Assembly: GCA_964538435.1 (NCBI GenBank) | Contig: CAZIDX010000001.1 | Coordinates: 139,304-203,303, forward strand | DNA from: an uncultured Gammaproteobacteria bacterium | GTDB taxonomy: Bacteria > Patescibacteriota > Patescibacteriia > UBA9934 > GWF2-40-263 | DNA: 64,000 nucleotides | Direction: 5' to 3' | Translations under genes and position numbers: made by a program | The notes under the pieces: generated by a model | The model's input: the letters and a program-made list of their open reading frames with translations, nothing else | What the model was told of the DNA's origin: nothing | The model's database searches: none | Part shown: positions 10,527-19,448 of the stretch, one piece after another | How the letters are laid out: each line of letters begins with the position of its first letter | Position numbering within the stretch: the first letter of the stretch is position 1

Positions 10527-11093
10527 TTATGCGTTAAACATGGATTGATAAACCTCAATGAGCGATTGCTCACGAACCCGTTCCATAATGGTTTCAAAAC
10601 GGAAGTCGCGATCAATCGACTTACTCTGAAAGACAAACCCACCCACTGTCTCAATCGCGTCAGTAGAAATACTTGCTTTACAACCTGCCTTTTTCGCAGC
10701 TGCCGCAAGTTCAGCATGACGCTCTTTTGATGTAAGGAGCTCCCCTTCCTCGTCCTTGATTGACGAGAGCAACGTCTCAAGCAAGGCTTCATACTCACCC
10801 TTAGGAAGCTTTGCAACTTCCTCAAGAGCATCTGCATACACACTGTCAAGCTGAGCCTGTTTTGTACCAAGAAGCTTCGCGTTTACTTTTTCACGAATCT
10901 TAAACTTAGCCTGAGCAAGCTTTGAGTCAGTGTACCGTTCAATATCTTTAAGAAGACGCTCCTTTTCTTCACCTAAACGAACTTTCCACTCTTTTTCAAG
11001 AGCGGCTAGTTCATCTGAAGAACGCTTCTCAATGACTTTGATTTCATCGGCAGCCTTGTCCTTGATGTACTGTTGAATATCGTCAAAAGCCAT
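10527..11093 (-). CDS. atpE: A/V-type ATP synthase subunit E
   Basis: 188 aa, charged coiled-coil N-terminus, operon position. Confidence 0.7.
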   Translation of the reverse strand: MAFDDIQQYIKDKAADEIKVIEKRSSDELAALEKEWKVRLGEEKERLLKDIERYTDSKLAQAKFKIREKVNAKLLGTKQAQLDSVYADALEEVAKLPKGEYEALLETLLSSIKDEEGELLTSKERHAELAAAAKKAGCKASISTDAIETVGGFVFQSKSIDRDFRFETIMERVREQSLIEVYQSMFNA

Positions 11094-11098
11094 AGCTT

Positions 11099-11572
11099 TT
11101 AGACTGCAATACTAGTAACAAGCAAGATGGTGATAAGAAGTCCAAGCACAGCATAGGTCTCAACCATCGCTGAAAGAATGATTGCCTTACCAGACTCACC
11201 TGGCTTCTTAGCTACAACCCCCATACCCGCAGCTGATACACGCCCCTGAAGAAGTCCAGAAACAAGACCAGTAATTGCGATTGGAAGTGCTGCAAAGAAA
11301 ATCTGCCAACCAACTGAAGTTGAGATGGTTGCGATTTCTCCTCCGAGAAGACCGATCTTCTGAAGGATCATGATGGCAGCCAAGAATCCATAAATTCCCT
11401 GCGTACCAGGAAGCGCTTCAAGAAGAAGAGCTTTACCGAACTTGTCTGGATCTTCAGACACAACACCGCTTGCAGCTTGACCAGCAGCCCCCATTCCGAG
11501 TGCTGAACCAGCTCCTGCAAGACCAACGGCGAGAGCGGCACCAAATACCGCGAGTGCAATTCCCATTTCCAT
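11099..11572 (-). CDS. atpK: A/V-type ATP synthase proteolipid subunit K (c-ring)
   Basis: 157 aa, very hydrophobic and Gly/Ala-rich, with paired TM hairpins and a conserved acidic residue in a TM helix. Confidence 0.8.
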   Translation of the reverse strand: MEMGIALAVFGAALAVGLAGAGSALGMGAAGQAASGVVSEDPDKFGKALLLEALPGTQGIYGFLAAIMILQKIGLLGGEIATISTSVGWQIFFAALPIAITGLVSGLLQGRVSAAGMGVVAKKPGESGKAIILSAMVETYAVLGLLITILLVTSIAV

Positions 11573-11607
11573 AGTTTTGAATAACGATTAACGTTTATGA
11601 TTAGTGA

Positions 11608-13575
11608 TTAGATTTGTTCAGGTGACGAAATGTACTTCGTCGTTTTGACTAAAGGTTTAAACTTACGCCCTCCACCCACAAGGAATTTCGGAAAGTACTC
11701 AACATACTGAAGACGTCCTGAGTGGATAAAGGCTCCAAGAACGTTGATGGCCAGGTTGAACAGATGCCCTCCAACAATGATCAGAATCCAGACGAGCCAT
11801 CCAACATACGGCACCATTCCTGCAAAGAGATCTGCAACCAGATTAACAACCATAGCAATAATTCCAGTAGACAGACCTAGCGCCAGAAGACGTGAATACG
11901 AGAGAATATCTGAGAGGTATCCCACAAGCCCATAAAGGCTCGCTACTCCACCAAACAACTTTCCAATCAAGCTCTTCTTTTCATAGCCCTGCGTCAGAAT
12001 CATGGCTCCAATTCCTGCAAACAAGAGATACTTTGCAGGCTCACCCATACTCTCTGGAAGCACACCGGCTGCGGTCGCAATCCAGAGTCCAATGATGAGT
12101 AGGAATAATGTCCACATTCCACCGGTCATAAGCCCCTCCTTTGCAGCGCCATGCTTAATCTTCCAAACCATGTTCACCACATTTCCTGCAAGCATCTGGA
12201 TGTAACCCAGAATAAATGACAGGACCAGCACGTTCATTGGGTTCTCAACCGGATCGATCAGTCGTACAGACATGACGAAATCCTTAATCTGTCCTTCTGG
12301 CAAGTCTGCAATCACGACACCGAACCATCCACCGAACAATGCCCCGATAATGAAGGTTGCAATACCTCCAAGAAGCATTAAGTTGATAAGCTTCTTTGCT
12401 CCACCCCTTGGCTTCATGATCTTCAGCGCAGCATACGAGAGAATCGCTAGAAGCAATCCGTATCCAGCATCTGTCAAACAAAGCCCAAAGTAGAGAATAA
12501 AGAACGGTGCGAGGTAAATCGTTGGGTCTGGCTCATCTGATTGCGGGGCTCCGTAAATTTCTGTTACTGACTCAAATGGAGTCACAATGGCTTTGTTTTT
12601 CAAAACCACAGGAACATTTTCCTCTTCATCAACCTCTACTTGATCAATAACGTATTGACTGGTAATGCCCTTAATCTCTTTCTCAATATCTTCAAGCTGA
12701 TGATCAGGAACCCATCCCAATAGACTCACGGTTTGTTTTGTGGCCAAAGCCTTCTTTGCAGCCTCGTCCTGCTCTTTCTTCCAAGTCAAATAGTCGTACA
12801 AGACTTCGAAATTCTTAATCTCAGATCCAAACTTTTGAATATCCTTCTTTGCCGTCGCAAGTTTCTTTGTATCTACTTCAATTGCTTTCTCAAGCTGCTT
12901 GATTCGTTTTTCAATACTCACCCCCTCTTCTAGCTCAAACTCTACGGTTTTAAAATCAAACTCCTCAAACACCGTACTTACTTTCTCGTCTAGATCCTTT
13001 GCGTAGCTAAGAACCACTTTCACCTCCTTGTTGCTCTCGTCTACGCGTACAAGCTCCGTAAGCTTTAGCTTATCCCACTCCTCAACGAACTCCTGATAAC
13101 GAGTTACAGGCACAGTCCCCACAAGGAACATGACATACTTTCGATCAAGACCTTCGATTTGTGGCAAAGCCTTCCACTCCTGCAAGAACTTCTTTTCCTT
13201 CTTATCCTGACTGATCGTATTCTTTACAGCATTGTAATCCTTATCAAGATCCTCAAGTGTTTTGATGATCTTTTTATACTCAAAAGTCTTGAGCAGCTTC
13301 TCAATCCCCTTCTCATCAATTTCAGTGCGACCACTCTGAAGCTTTTGTATAAACGACTGCTTCTCTGGCACAACCATCTCATTGAGCAGATCAAGAGCAA
13401 ATTTCGTATTTGTCTGCCAATACTCAGCATTTGAGTCTGGCTTGTAGAGCACAACATCTTCACTTCCAATAGTCTCCACCTCAACAGCACCGCTCGTATG
13501 CAAAACATTAATTACGTCATCAAACGTATCTTTTACAACAGTAAGCTGAATCTTCGCCATCTTACTGACTGACAT
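11608..13575 (-). CDS. atpI: A/V-type ATP synthase subunit I (a-subunit)
   Basis: 655 aa with a soluble N-terminal half and a C-terminal multi-TM domain. It overlaps atpH by 14 nt. Confidence 0.8.
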   Translation of the reverse strand: MSVSKMAKIQLTVVKDTFDDVINVLHTSGAVEVETIGSEDVVLYKPDSNAEYWQTNTKFALDLLNEMVVPEKQSFIQKLQSGRTEIDEKGIEKLLKTFEYKKIIKTLEDLDKDYNAVKNTISQDKKEKKFLQEWKALPQIEGLDRKYVMFLVGTVPVTRYQEFVEEWDKLKLTELVRVDESNKEVKVVLSYAKDLDEKVSTVFEEFDFKTVEFELEEGVSIEKRIKQLEKAIEVDTKKLATAKKDIQKFGSEIKNFEVLYDYLTWKKEQDEAAKKALATKQTVSLLGWVPDHQLEDIEKEIKGITSQYVIDQVEVDEEENVPVVLKNKAIVTPFESVTEIYGAPQSDEPDPTIYLAPFFILYFGLCLTDAGYGLLLAILSYAALKIMKPRGGAKKLINLMLLGGIATFIIGALFGGWFGVVIADLPEGQIKDFVMSVRLIDPVENPMNVLVLSFILGYIQMLAGNVVNMVWKIKHGAAKEGLMTGGMWTLFLLIIGLWIATAAGVLPESMGEPAKYLLFAGIGAMILTQGYEKKSLIGKLFGGVASLYGLVGYLSDILSYSRLLALGLSTGIIAMVVNLVADLFAGMVPYVGWLVWILIIVGGHLFNLAINVLGAFIHSGRLQYVEYFPKFLVGGGRKFKPLVKTTKYISSPEQI

Positions 13576-13885
13576 AGGCTTTGAACTGTTTGATTACAAG
13601 ATCCTTAGCTTTCTTCACCTTGTCATCAGCTCCCTTAGCAATCTGATCCACATCTGACTTAAGCTGCTTCACCATGACATCTTTTTGCGCAGCAACTTCT
13701 GTCTGCACCTTCTCAGAAGCTTTTTTCCGATCACCACCAAGAGTTTCGGACAATTTATCAAACTCTTCCTGGTACTTATGATCAAGATCAGCCTTTGCTT
13801 TCTTTGCTTTTTCCAAAGCCTTAGCAATCGCTTTCTCAGCTGCCTCTTCTTCTTTCTGAATGTTCGCAATAGTTTGAGTGCTCAT
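13562..13885 (-). CDS. atpH: A/V-type ATP synthase subunit H (peripheral stalk)
   Basis: 107-aa Lys/Ala/Glu-rich helical protein and the first gene of the operon. Confidence 0.6.
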   Translation of the reverse strand: MSTQTIANIQKEEEAAEKAIAKALEKAKKAKADLDHKYQEEFDKLSETLGGDRKKASEKVQTEVAAQKDVMVKQLKSDVDQIAKGADDKVKKAKDLVIKQFKAYVSQ

Positions 13886-14198
13886 AGATAATTTTTACAA
13901 ACAAAAACAACCCTTATATATGTCTGAGGACAATGTAATGTCTTTGGGCCTTGTGGATAAAAGTGGCCCTAATCGTGTCGTCATCCATGTAGTTTGGGTC
14001 GTCTGGTCATTTCGTTAACCGATTGGTCATTTTCCATCGGTTTCCAGATCACCAGACAACCATAATTAGCTAAAAAAACGAATTTTCGCCCATAGTATAA
14101 CTTCACTTCACAATTCGGTCAACCCTGATTTTTCATTTTTAAAACACCCTCACCAAACCCCTAACCAACAAAAACCTCAACCACGACCACTTCCCAAA

Positions 14199-14239
14199 GA
14201 TACCACTTAAGGTCCGATCGGCACTTAAATGGTATCAAT
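14199..14239. repeat. Palindromic site, left: GATACCACTTAAG-gtCCGATCGGcac-CTTAAATGGTATCAAT
   Basis: Two 13-nt arms (gataccacttaag / cttaaatggtatc; the arms differ at one position, c vs a) around a central CCGATCGG palindrome. The stop codon of gene 14235..14768 lies inside the right arm. Confidence 0.7.
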
Positions 14240-14768
14240 GTCTTTTTGCTGTATACACACGGACCCAATCTTGATTTCCAACACCTTCAAAGAATTGTGA
14301 CAATGCATCTCCTGCATCAAACCTCGATACCCATACACTTCTCTGAATACAGAAAAAACCAGCCTCCTTAAGAAATTCACGTATATTTTTTCGTAAACCT
14401 CTTTTTGATTCTGGAATATCGAAAACCACCACACAATCTTCTTCTTCGGACAATTCTTCAGCAGCACAAATCTCGAGCTTGAGAGCCTCCAGTCTCCCTA
14501 GATCAGTTAAAGTTATTTCATACTTATCGGCAATTTTATTAATCTTAACCATCTTCTTTTTCTCAAGCCTTCTTAGCTCCCGTCTCTGCAGTTGTTTTTC
14601 TCTTGCATTTCGTATTTCAATCGCACCCTCCAAGCCGTACCTAAAAGCCAATCCTGGCTGATGAAGGTTTTCAAACAATAAATCTGTCGAATGATTGAGT
14701 TGCATCAAAATATCTGATGCTCTTGAAAGATATTGAATTCTTCTTTTTGTTTCTTTGTTAGAGGTCAT
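14235..14768 (-). CDS. Small regulator-like protein with a PaaX/Cas2-fold-like C-terminal half
   Basis: CVVVFDIPESKRGLRKNIREFLKEAGFFCIQRSVWVSRFD resembles the Cas2/PaaX-C beta-alpha-beta core. The N-terminal ~90 aa may be a wHTH. The gene is flanked exactly by the palindromic repeats. Confidence 0.35.
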   Translation of the reverse strand: MTSNKETKRRIQYLSRASDILMQLNHSTDLLFENLHQPGLAFRYGLEGAIEIRNAREKQLQRRELRRLEKKKMVKINKIADKYEITLTDLGRLEALKLEICAAEELSEEEDCVVVFDIPESKRGLRKNIREFLKEAGFFCIQRSVWVSRFDAGDALSQFFEGVGNQDWVRVYTAKRH

Positions 14769-14772
14769 ATGA

Positions 14773-14801
14773 GTGCCGATCGGACCTTAAGTGGTATCAA
14801 T
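14773..14801. repeat. Half-site direct repeat, right: gtgCCGATCGGac-CTTAAGTGGTATCAAT
   Basis: The central 13-mer is the reverse complement of the left copy's central 13-mer. The arm cttaagtggtatc is the exact reverse complement of the left site's left arm. It abuts the start codon at 14766-14768. Confidence 0.7.
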
Positions 14802-14975
14802 ATGGTAGCAATTTTAACTGCTTCAAAACTCGCTATCTGTCAAGGGTTCCGTCTAGACTCTTCTTGAAAACCTAAAATACCGCGTCAAAACACCAAAAAC
14901 GAAAGACGCCCTAGTGAGTTCCTGCTGGCTGCGTGCCAGAGAACCCACCGGGCGTCTCGTTGACCTGCTGGAGGT

Positions 14976-16013
14976 CTAGTTGTCTTCGTTTTCCGACTCC
15001 GAGTAGAATCCGGTCACGAAGTTGGCCTGGAACCAATCAGGGTCTGATCGGTCACGACCCAATTCGAGCTCCTCAACGCATCGATAGAGCATCTCGCCGA
15101 AGTCAATGTCCGGCTGGCCGCTACCCGATTTCCCGTCGCGGTAGAGGTTAGCATACACCTTCCACTGTTCGAGTCGGTCTGCACCTTGCTGAGCCAGCGC
15201 AGGACTGCGGTTACGCGACCAGCGAACTGCGACCAGCAGATCCTGATACAAACGCCTCCACCGAGGTGTACGAAGCACGGCTTTTGCGCGGTCCGTGATG
15301 GCGCGTTTGCGAACCGGCGGAGCCGTCCCAGCAACGTGATCATCACCGTCACCGTGCCTGCGCGAACCAGGCTTTCTTTCCGGCTCCGGCTTCGGCTTCG
15401 GCTCAGGTTCGGGCTCCGGCTCCGGTTTCGGTTTCGGTTTCGGCTCCGGCTCCGGTTTCGGCTCGGGCTCCGGCACAGGTTCGGGCTCCGGCTCAGGTTC
15501 GGGCTCGTCAGACACCACCTTTCTGTCTCTCACCGAACTCAGATCCAGACCTTCGAAAAGATCTACCCGCTTGACCGGCTCGGCATCGTGCATCATGTCC
15601 GCGTCAGTGCCACCAAACGGATCATCTACTTCCTCGTCTGAACCATCACCGTCTCCGGCCTCTGGCTCATCCTTACTCTCTTCGTCGGGTGGTTCTGTCG
15701 GCTCAGGTTCGGGCTCCGGCTCCGGTTTCGGCTCCGGTTCCTCCTCTTCTTCACCCTCCTGCTCAGCCGCACGCAACTTCCCCCACAAATCAATACGGGG
15801 GTCATCTGCATGAGCCTTGATGTACTCGGCCGGATTGTCGTGGAAATCCATGGACTCGTTCCATGCCTCCGCAACACCCAATGCCTCAGCCATGTCCTCA
15901 CCGTCGATCCCATCCTCGTCATCGAGATAGGTGTCGACATGCTCCTCAGTAGCAATGTCGGGATCATCCCCAAACAAAGCCTGAAGGGCATCTTCGAAGC
16001 TGTATTCGGCCAT
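14976..16013 (-). CDS. Highly acidic Pro/Glu/Lys-repeat protein (G+C-rich cassette)
   Basis: Long PEPEPEPEP / [19 protein letters not shown] tracts, an Asp/Glu-rich N-terminus and a basic Arg/Trp-containing C-terminus. GGAGGG RBS before the ATG at 16013; a hairpin terminator lies downstream at ~14895-14945. Confidence 0.6.
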   Translation of the reverse strand: MAEYSFEDALQALFGDDPDIATEEHVDTYLDDEDGIDGEDMAEALGVAEAWNESMDFHDNPAEYIKAHADDPRIDLWGKLRAAEQEGEEEEEPEPKPEPEPEPEPTEPPDEESKDEPEAGDGDGSDEEVDDPFGGTDADMMHDAEPVKRVDLFEGLDLSSVRDRKVVSDEPEPEPEPEPVPEPEPKPEPEPKPKPKPEPEPEPEPKPKPEPERKPGSRRHGDGDDHVAGTAPPVRKRAITDRAKAVLRTPRWRRLYQDLLVAVRWSRNRSPALAQQGADRLEQWKVYANLYRDGKSGSGQPDIDFGEMLYRCVEELELGRDRSDPDWFQANFVTGFYSESENEDN

Positions 16014-16178
16014 TGGGCCCTCCGTTGTGTGTGGTTTGACAGCCAAAATCGTCATCAAGGACGACTTGGGCAACCGTGCAAGATAACACAAATTGACCCT
16101 TTTGTCAACAAAATGAGACAAGATTTGCTTGTTATCTTACTAAATGTTGTTAACTCTCAACATATATGCCAATCACGG

Positions 16179-16207
16179 TTGACAAAATCTCCATTTTCTG
16201 GTATTCT
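16179..16207 (+). promoter_or_regulatory. Near-consensus sigma70-type promoter for gene 16359..18098
   Basis: TTGACA (16179-16184), 17-nt spacer, TATTCT (16202-16207). Confidence 0.5.
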
Positions 16208-16358
16208 GCGCCTCTGGCACTAACATGCCCAAGTCGTCCTTTTTACCAAAAACAGTCTTGGCAAAAGTGTCTTTATAGACATTTCTGCCGAGACTGTTTC
16301 CCAACCCTCAATCAGCGTGTCTCTCGGAGCGCTGCACCCGACCCTAAGGAGGTCAAAC

Positions 16359-18098
16359 ATGGCAACTCAGAACCCACTCGTTCGCGACTCCAGCACCGGG
16401 CGTTTCATCGCCATCGTCGACGACATCGTCCTGCTCATGGCTCATCAGGAACCCGACTTCAATCGCAACCGCGGCAAGGCCATCAAGCGTGTTCGTGCGC
16501 GCATGATCATGGACCCCAAGAACGACAAGCTGCCGATCCGCGACGAGGTCGACTTCCGTCCGGTCCCGGGCGCGAACGCCTCCGGCTTCACCATCTCCTT
16601 CAACGAGAAGGGCATCCCCTTCGTAGACCCCTGCAAGACCATGGGTCTGCGCGCCGAGGCCATGCTGCCCGGCAAGGACGGCAACCTCGTGGAGACCTCG
16701 GTCCGCCCCGCCTTCGTGTGCGACGGCCTGTCCGGGTTCATCCCGTACGTGCAGCGCATCAAGGCCAAGGATGCCCAGGGTGAGCCCGGCACCGACGGCT
16801 ACAAGCCGGCCGTGCACACCTGGACCTCCACCGGCAAGATGCCCTGCATCTTCTTCCAGCCCCCGATCAAGAAGGGCAAGAAGGCCCCGCCGCCCGTGGC
16901 CGTTCCCCTGGGCCTGGCGCGTCCGTTCCTACTGGATGCCTGGAAGACCCTGGTCGAGCACCCGGATCGCCAGCACGCCACCCGCAAGCTCTTCGTGATC
17001 GAGCCGATCGCGAACAACCTGCGTGGCAACAAGCGCCACCTGGTCTTCACCCCGCGCGGCAACCCCTACACCCCGGTGTGGTACAACAAGAGCGCGGACA
17101 AGCTCCGCGATGCGCTCAAGCGCAAGCTCAACGGCGAAGCCAACGTGGTCATCCCCAGCCCGGATGGTCAGGTCCTGACCCACCTCTTCGGTAAGGTCGT
17201 GACCCCGATCACGCACAAGACCGAGACCCCGGTCGAGTACGACCTGCCCGGTGGCAAGACCGGCTGCGTCCCCTGCGTGTTCCGCATCCAGGAGCAGAGC
17301 GGTGTGGTCAAGGCCATCTACAAGGGTGAGAAGCGCCACATGGGCAACCTGGTCGCACAGGACCTGAGCTTGGACGACCTCGAGTTCAACGCGCTCACGG
17401 CCCTGGGCCTGACCATGGAGACGGCCATGACCGGCCGTGCTCTGCGCAAGCTCAAGAACAAGCTCCTGCGCGGCCCCCAGGACCAGACCAACCCCCTGTA
17501 CATGCAGGCGGTCGAGTCCTCGGGTCTCGAGCCCGGCCACCACAAGGCACAGGCCAGTGGCCCCATGCGCTTCATCGCTGACTCCGCGGTCGAGCAGGTC
17601 GAGACTCAGCTCAACGAGGAGATCAACCTGATCGCCGGCAAGCTGATCATGCCCGGTCACCGCGACAAGCCCGAACTGGTGACGCTCCTCGGCGAACTGG
17701 ACGGCACCAAGCTTCGCGAGGCCGCGTTCCAGCGCGAGGGTGCCTGCATCCTGGCCACCTGGGTCGCCAAGACCCAGAACTGGGACGAGTTCAGCTGGGG
17801 CTCCGAGCTGCACCGCCGCGTGCGCTACAAGGTCCTCATGAGCCTGGCCAAGGCCGCCGACCTCAAGATGGCCCCCAAGCCCAAGCCCAAGCCCGCCCCG
17901 GAGCCCACCAACGGTTCCGGCTCCGCGGATCAGGGCTCCGAGGGTGGCTCCAACACGCCCAAGGACGGTGGCAATCAGAAGGCCGCCAGCGACTCCGAGG
18001 CCCCGGCCGAGGAGACCCCTCGCGAGCGCAAGAACCGTCTCGCCCGCGAGCGCCGCGCCAAGGCCAAGGCCAAGAAGCTGGCCGAAGAGAGTGCTTAG
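16359..18098 (+). CDS. Hypothetical 580-aa protein with a Lys/Ala/Glu-rich disordered C-terminal tail (G+C-rich cassette)
   Basis: AGGAGG RBS 6 nt before the ATG at 16359. No recognisable catalytic motif. The C-terminus ...KPKPKPAPEP...RERKNRLARERRAKAKAKKLAEESA suggests nucleic-acid or polyanion binding. Confidence 0.55.
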   Translation: MATQNPLVRDSSTGRFIAIVDDIVLLMAHQEPDFNRNRGKAIKRVRARMIMDPKNDKLPIRDEVDFRPVPGANASGFTISFNEKGIPFVDPCKTMGLRAEAMLPGKDGNLVETSVRPAFVCDGLSGFIPYVQRIKAKDAQGEPGTDGYKPAVHTWTSTGKMPCIFFQPPIKKGKKAPPPVAVPLGLARPFLLDAWKTLVEHPDRQHATRKLFVIEPIANNLRGNKRHLVFTPRGNPYTPVWYNKSADKLRDALKRKLNGEANVVIPSPDGQVLTHLFGKVVTPITHKTETPVEYDLPGGKTGCVPCVFRIQEQSGVVKAIYKGEKRHMGNLVAQDLSLDDLEFNALTALGLTMETAMTGRALRKLKNKLLRGPQDQTNPLYMQAVESSGLEPGHHKAQASGPMRFIADSAVEQVETQLNEEINLIAGKLIMPGHRDKPELVTLLGELDGTKLREAAFQREGACILATWVAKTQNWDEFSWGSELHRRVRYKVLMSLAKAADLKMAPKPKPKPAPEPTNGSGSADQGSEGGSNTPKDGGNQKAASDSEAPAEETPRERKNRLARERRAKAKAKKLAEESA

Positions 18099-18356
18099 CC
18101 CAGCGCCTAGCGCGCTACACCACCGACACCAAATCGGTGACGAAAGGCCCGGTGAGGACCTGGAAGACGAACGTGTCTCCCAGGCCCTCCCGGCGCCTTT
18201 TCTATTTCCCAACCAAAACCACACACACAACCGCAACCACAAGCACAAACACAAGCACAACCCCCATGGAGATGGCGACCTAAGGGGCTCAACGCCCCGC
18301 CAGGTCGCAGCCCCCACTACCCCACCTATAGGCCCAGGACGCCAAACGGCCGTTCG

Positions 18357-18447
18357 AGGTGTTGTGAGAAAAATCACGAGGTGGTGGTCGTCTATCCTGC
18401 GAGACGGCCCGGCTCCGCCTCGTTATTTTTCTCACAACACCTCGTGG
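18357..18447 (+). repeat. Hairpin-embedded conserved element, copy 2 (core 18379..18419)
   Basis: The core is flanked by the perfect inverted repeat gtgttgtgagaaaaat / atttttctcacaacac and by cacgagg / cctcgtg. Confidence 0.75.
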
Positions 18448-18555
18448 CCACCCCAAGCCCCCATAGAAAGATCCGAGCAAGGTTCAAGCAAAGGCGCAAC
18501 CAATTAAAAGGAAAGGAAACAAAAAGAAAAAACCGGCACAGAGCCGGTCTTATTG

Positions 18556-19446
18556 TTAAACTGATAGCCGAAACAGATCCATAGTATTCTTTGCCGTCTG
18601 CTCCCAAACCTCCTCAAGTTCCTGCCGTTTCAACTTAGCAATCATCTCAGCAACCTCTCGAACATACACAGGCTCATTCCTTTTCCCCCGATATGGCACA
18701 GGCGTAATGTACGGAGAATCCGTCTCAATCAAGATTCGATCAAGCGGCACAGCTTTGACAATACGCTGAATAGGACTAAACCCCCTCTCATCAACCTCTT
18801 TCTTTTTCCCAGGAAACGTCACAATCCCAGTGAACCCAATCATGAAACCAAGATCCAAAAACCGCTGCACCTGCCCCTCAGTCCCGCCATAACAATGCAT
18901 CACCCCACGCCGACCAAGCTTCCCAGCATTTACATACTCCTCAATAAGCTCAGCCTGCTCATCATACGCATCACGACAATGAATGATTACAGGCAAATCC
19001 ATTTCAGTTGCTAAATCAAAATGCAATCTCACATTCTCCTCCTGCACACGCTTCATCTCATCAAGATCTACACCTTCTGGAACTCGATACCAATCTAGCC
19101 CAACCTCACCGATCGCAACACACTTAGGATGCTTTGCCAGCTCACGATACACATCAATATCAAATCGTTCTGAGCGAGTATGAATCTTTGGTGTCGCCTG
19201 CTCCTCTGGCGCAATCTCTTCCTCATCCCAAAACGACTGCTCAATCAAATGATTGGGATGAAGTCCAACCGTGGCCCACATTCCATAATGCCTTGAAGCC
19301 ACCTCAAGACCGTTTGCGCTTGTATCCTTTTGCGTCCCCACAGTAATCATAAAGACCCCTTTGTCCAGGGCCCTTTTGATCACCTCGTCCATGTCATCAC
19401 GGAACGCATTAAAATGCACGTGACAATGCGAATCGATCATCTTCAT
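18556..19446 (-). CDS. tatD: TatD-family metal-dependent DNase/hydrolase
   Basis: N-terminal IDSHCHV and conserved His/Asp/Glu positions of the TatD family. 296 aa. Confidence 0.8.
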   Translation of the reverse strand: MKMIDSHCHVHFNAFRDDMDEVIKRALDKGVFMITVGTQKDTSANGLEVASRHYGMWATVGLHPNHLIEQSFWDEEEIAPEEQATPKIHTRSERFDIDVYRELAKHPKCVAIGEVGLDWYRVPEGVDLDEMKRVQEENVRLHFDLATEMDLPVIIHCRDAYDEQAELIEEYVNAGKLGRRGVMHCYGGTEGQVQRFLDLGFMIGFTGIVTFPGKKKEVDERGFSPIQRIVKAVPLDRILIETDSPYITPVPYRGKRNEPVYVREVAEMIAKLKRQELEEVWEQTAKNTMDLFRLSV

Positions 19447-19448
19447 AA

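Noticed and set aside
14235-14768. Cas2-like motif (VVVFDI...QRSVWV) suggesting a CRISPR adaptation gene
   Set aside because: There is no cas1, no repeat-spacer array and no other cas genes in the window. The motif sits in the C-terminal half of a longer protein, so I report it only as a Cas2/PaaX-C-like fold.
14766-14771. CATATG (NdeI site) exactly at a start codon, as a hint of cloning or synthetic origin
   Set aside because: A single 6-mer occurrence is expected by chance many times in 64 kb, so it is not evidence by itself.
15360-15740. Short tandem nucleotide repeats (ggctccggtttcgg / ggctcaggttcgg) that superficially resemble a repeat array
   Set aside because: They are in-frame codon repeats that encode the PEPEPKPE dipeptide tracts of protein 14976..16013. 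There are no unique spacers and no CRISPR-like structure.
18215-18262. CA-rich simple repeat (acacacacaaccgcaaccacaagcacaaacacaagcacaacc), possibly a regulatory or slipped-strand tract
   Set aside because: It is a single imperfect tract in a 3' intergenic region. It is noted under the cassette finding but not annotated as a feature for lack of any supporting signal.
16929-18377. 482-aa minus-strand ORF and several other long antisense ORFs (e.g. 1082..1714, 16353..16817, 25530..25994, 41554..41988)
   Set aside because: They lie antisense to well-supported G+C-rich genes. They have Ala/Arg/Gly-rich low-complexity translations and no RBS, which is the typical stop-codon paucity of GC-rich DNA.
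18289-18480. ORFs containing the peptide TRRSRAVSQDRRPPP (18289..18480, and the N-terminal extension of 22070..23071)
   Set aside because: These are fortuitous translations of repeat-element copies 2 and 3. The real SPFH gene starts at 22816.
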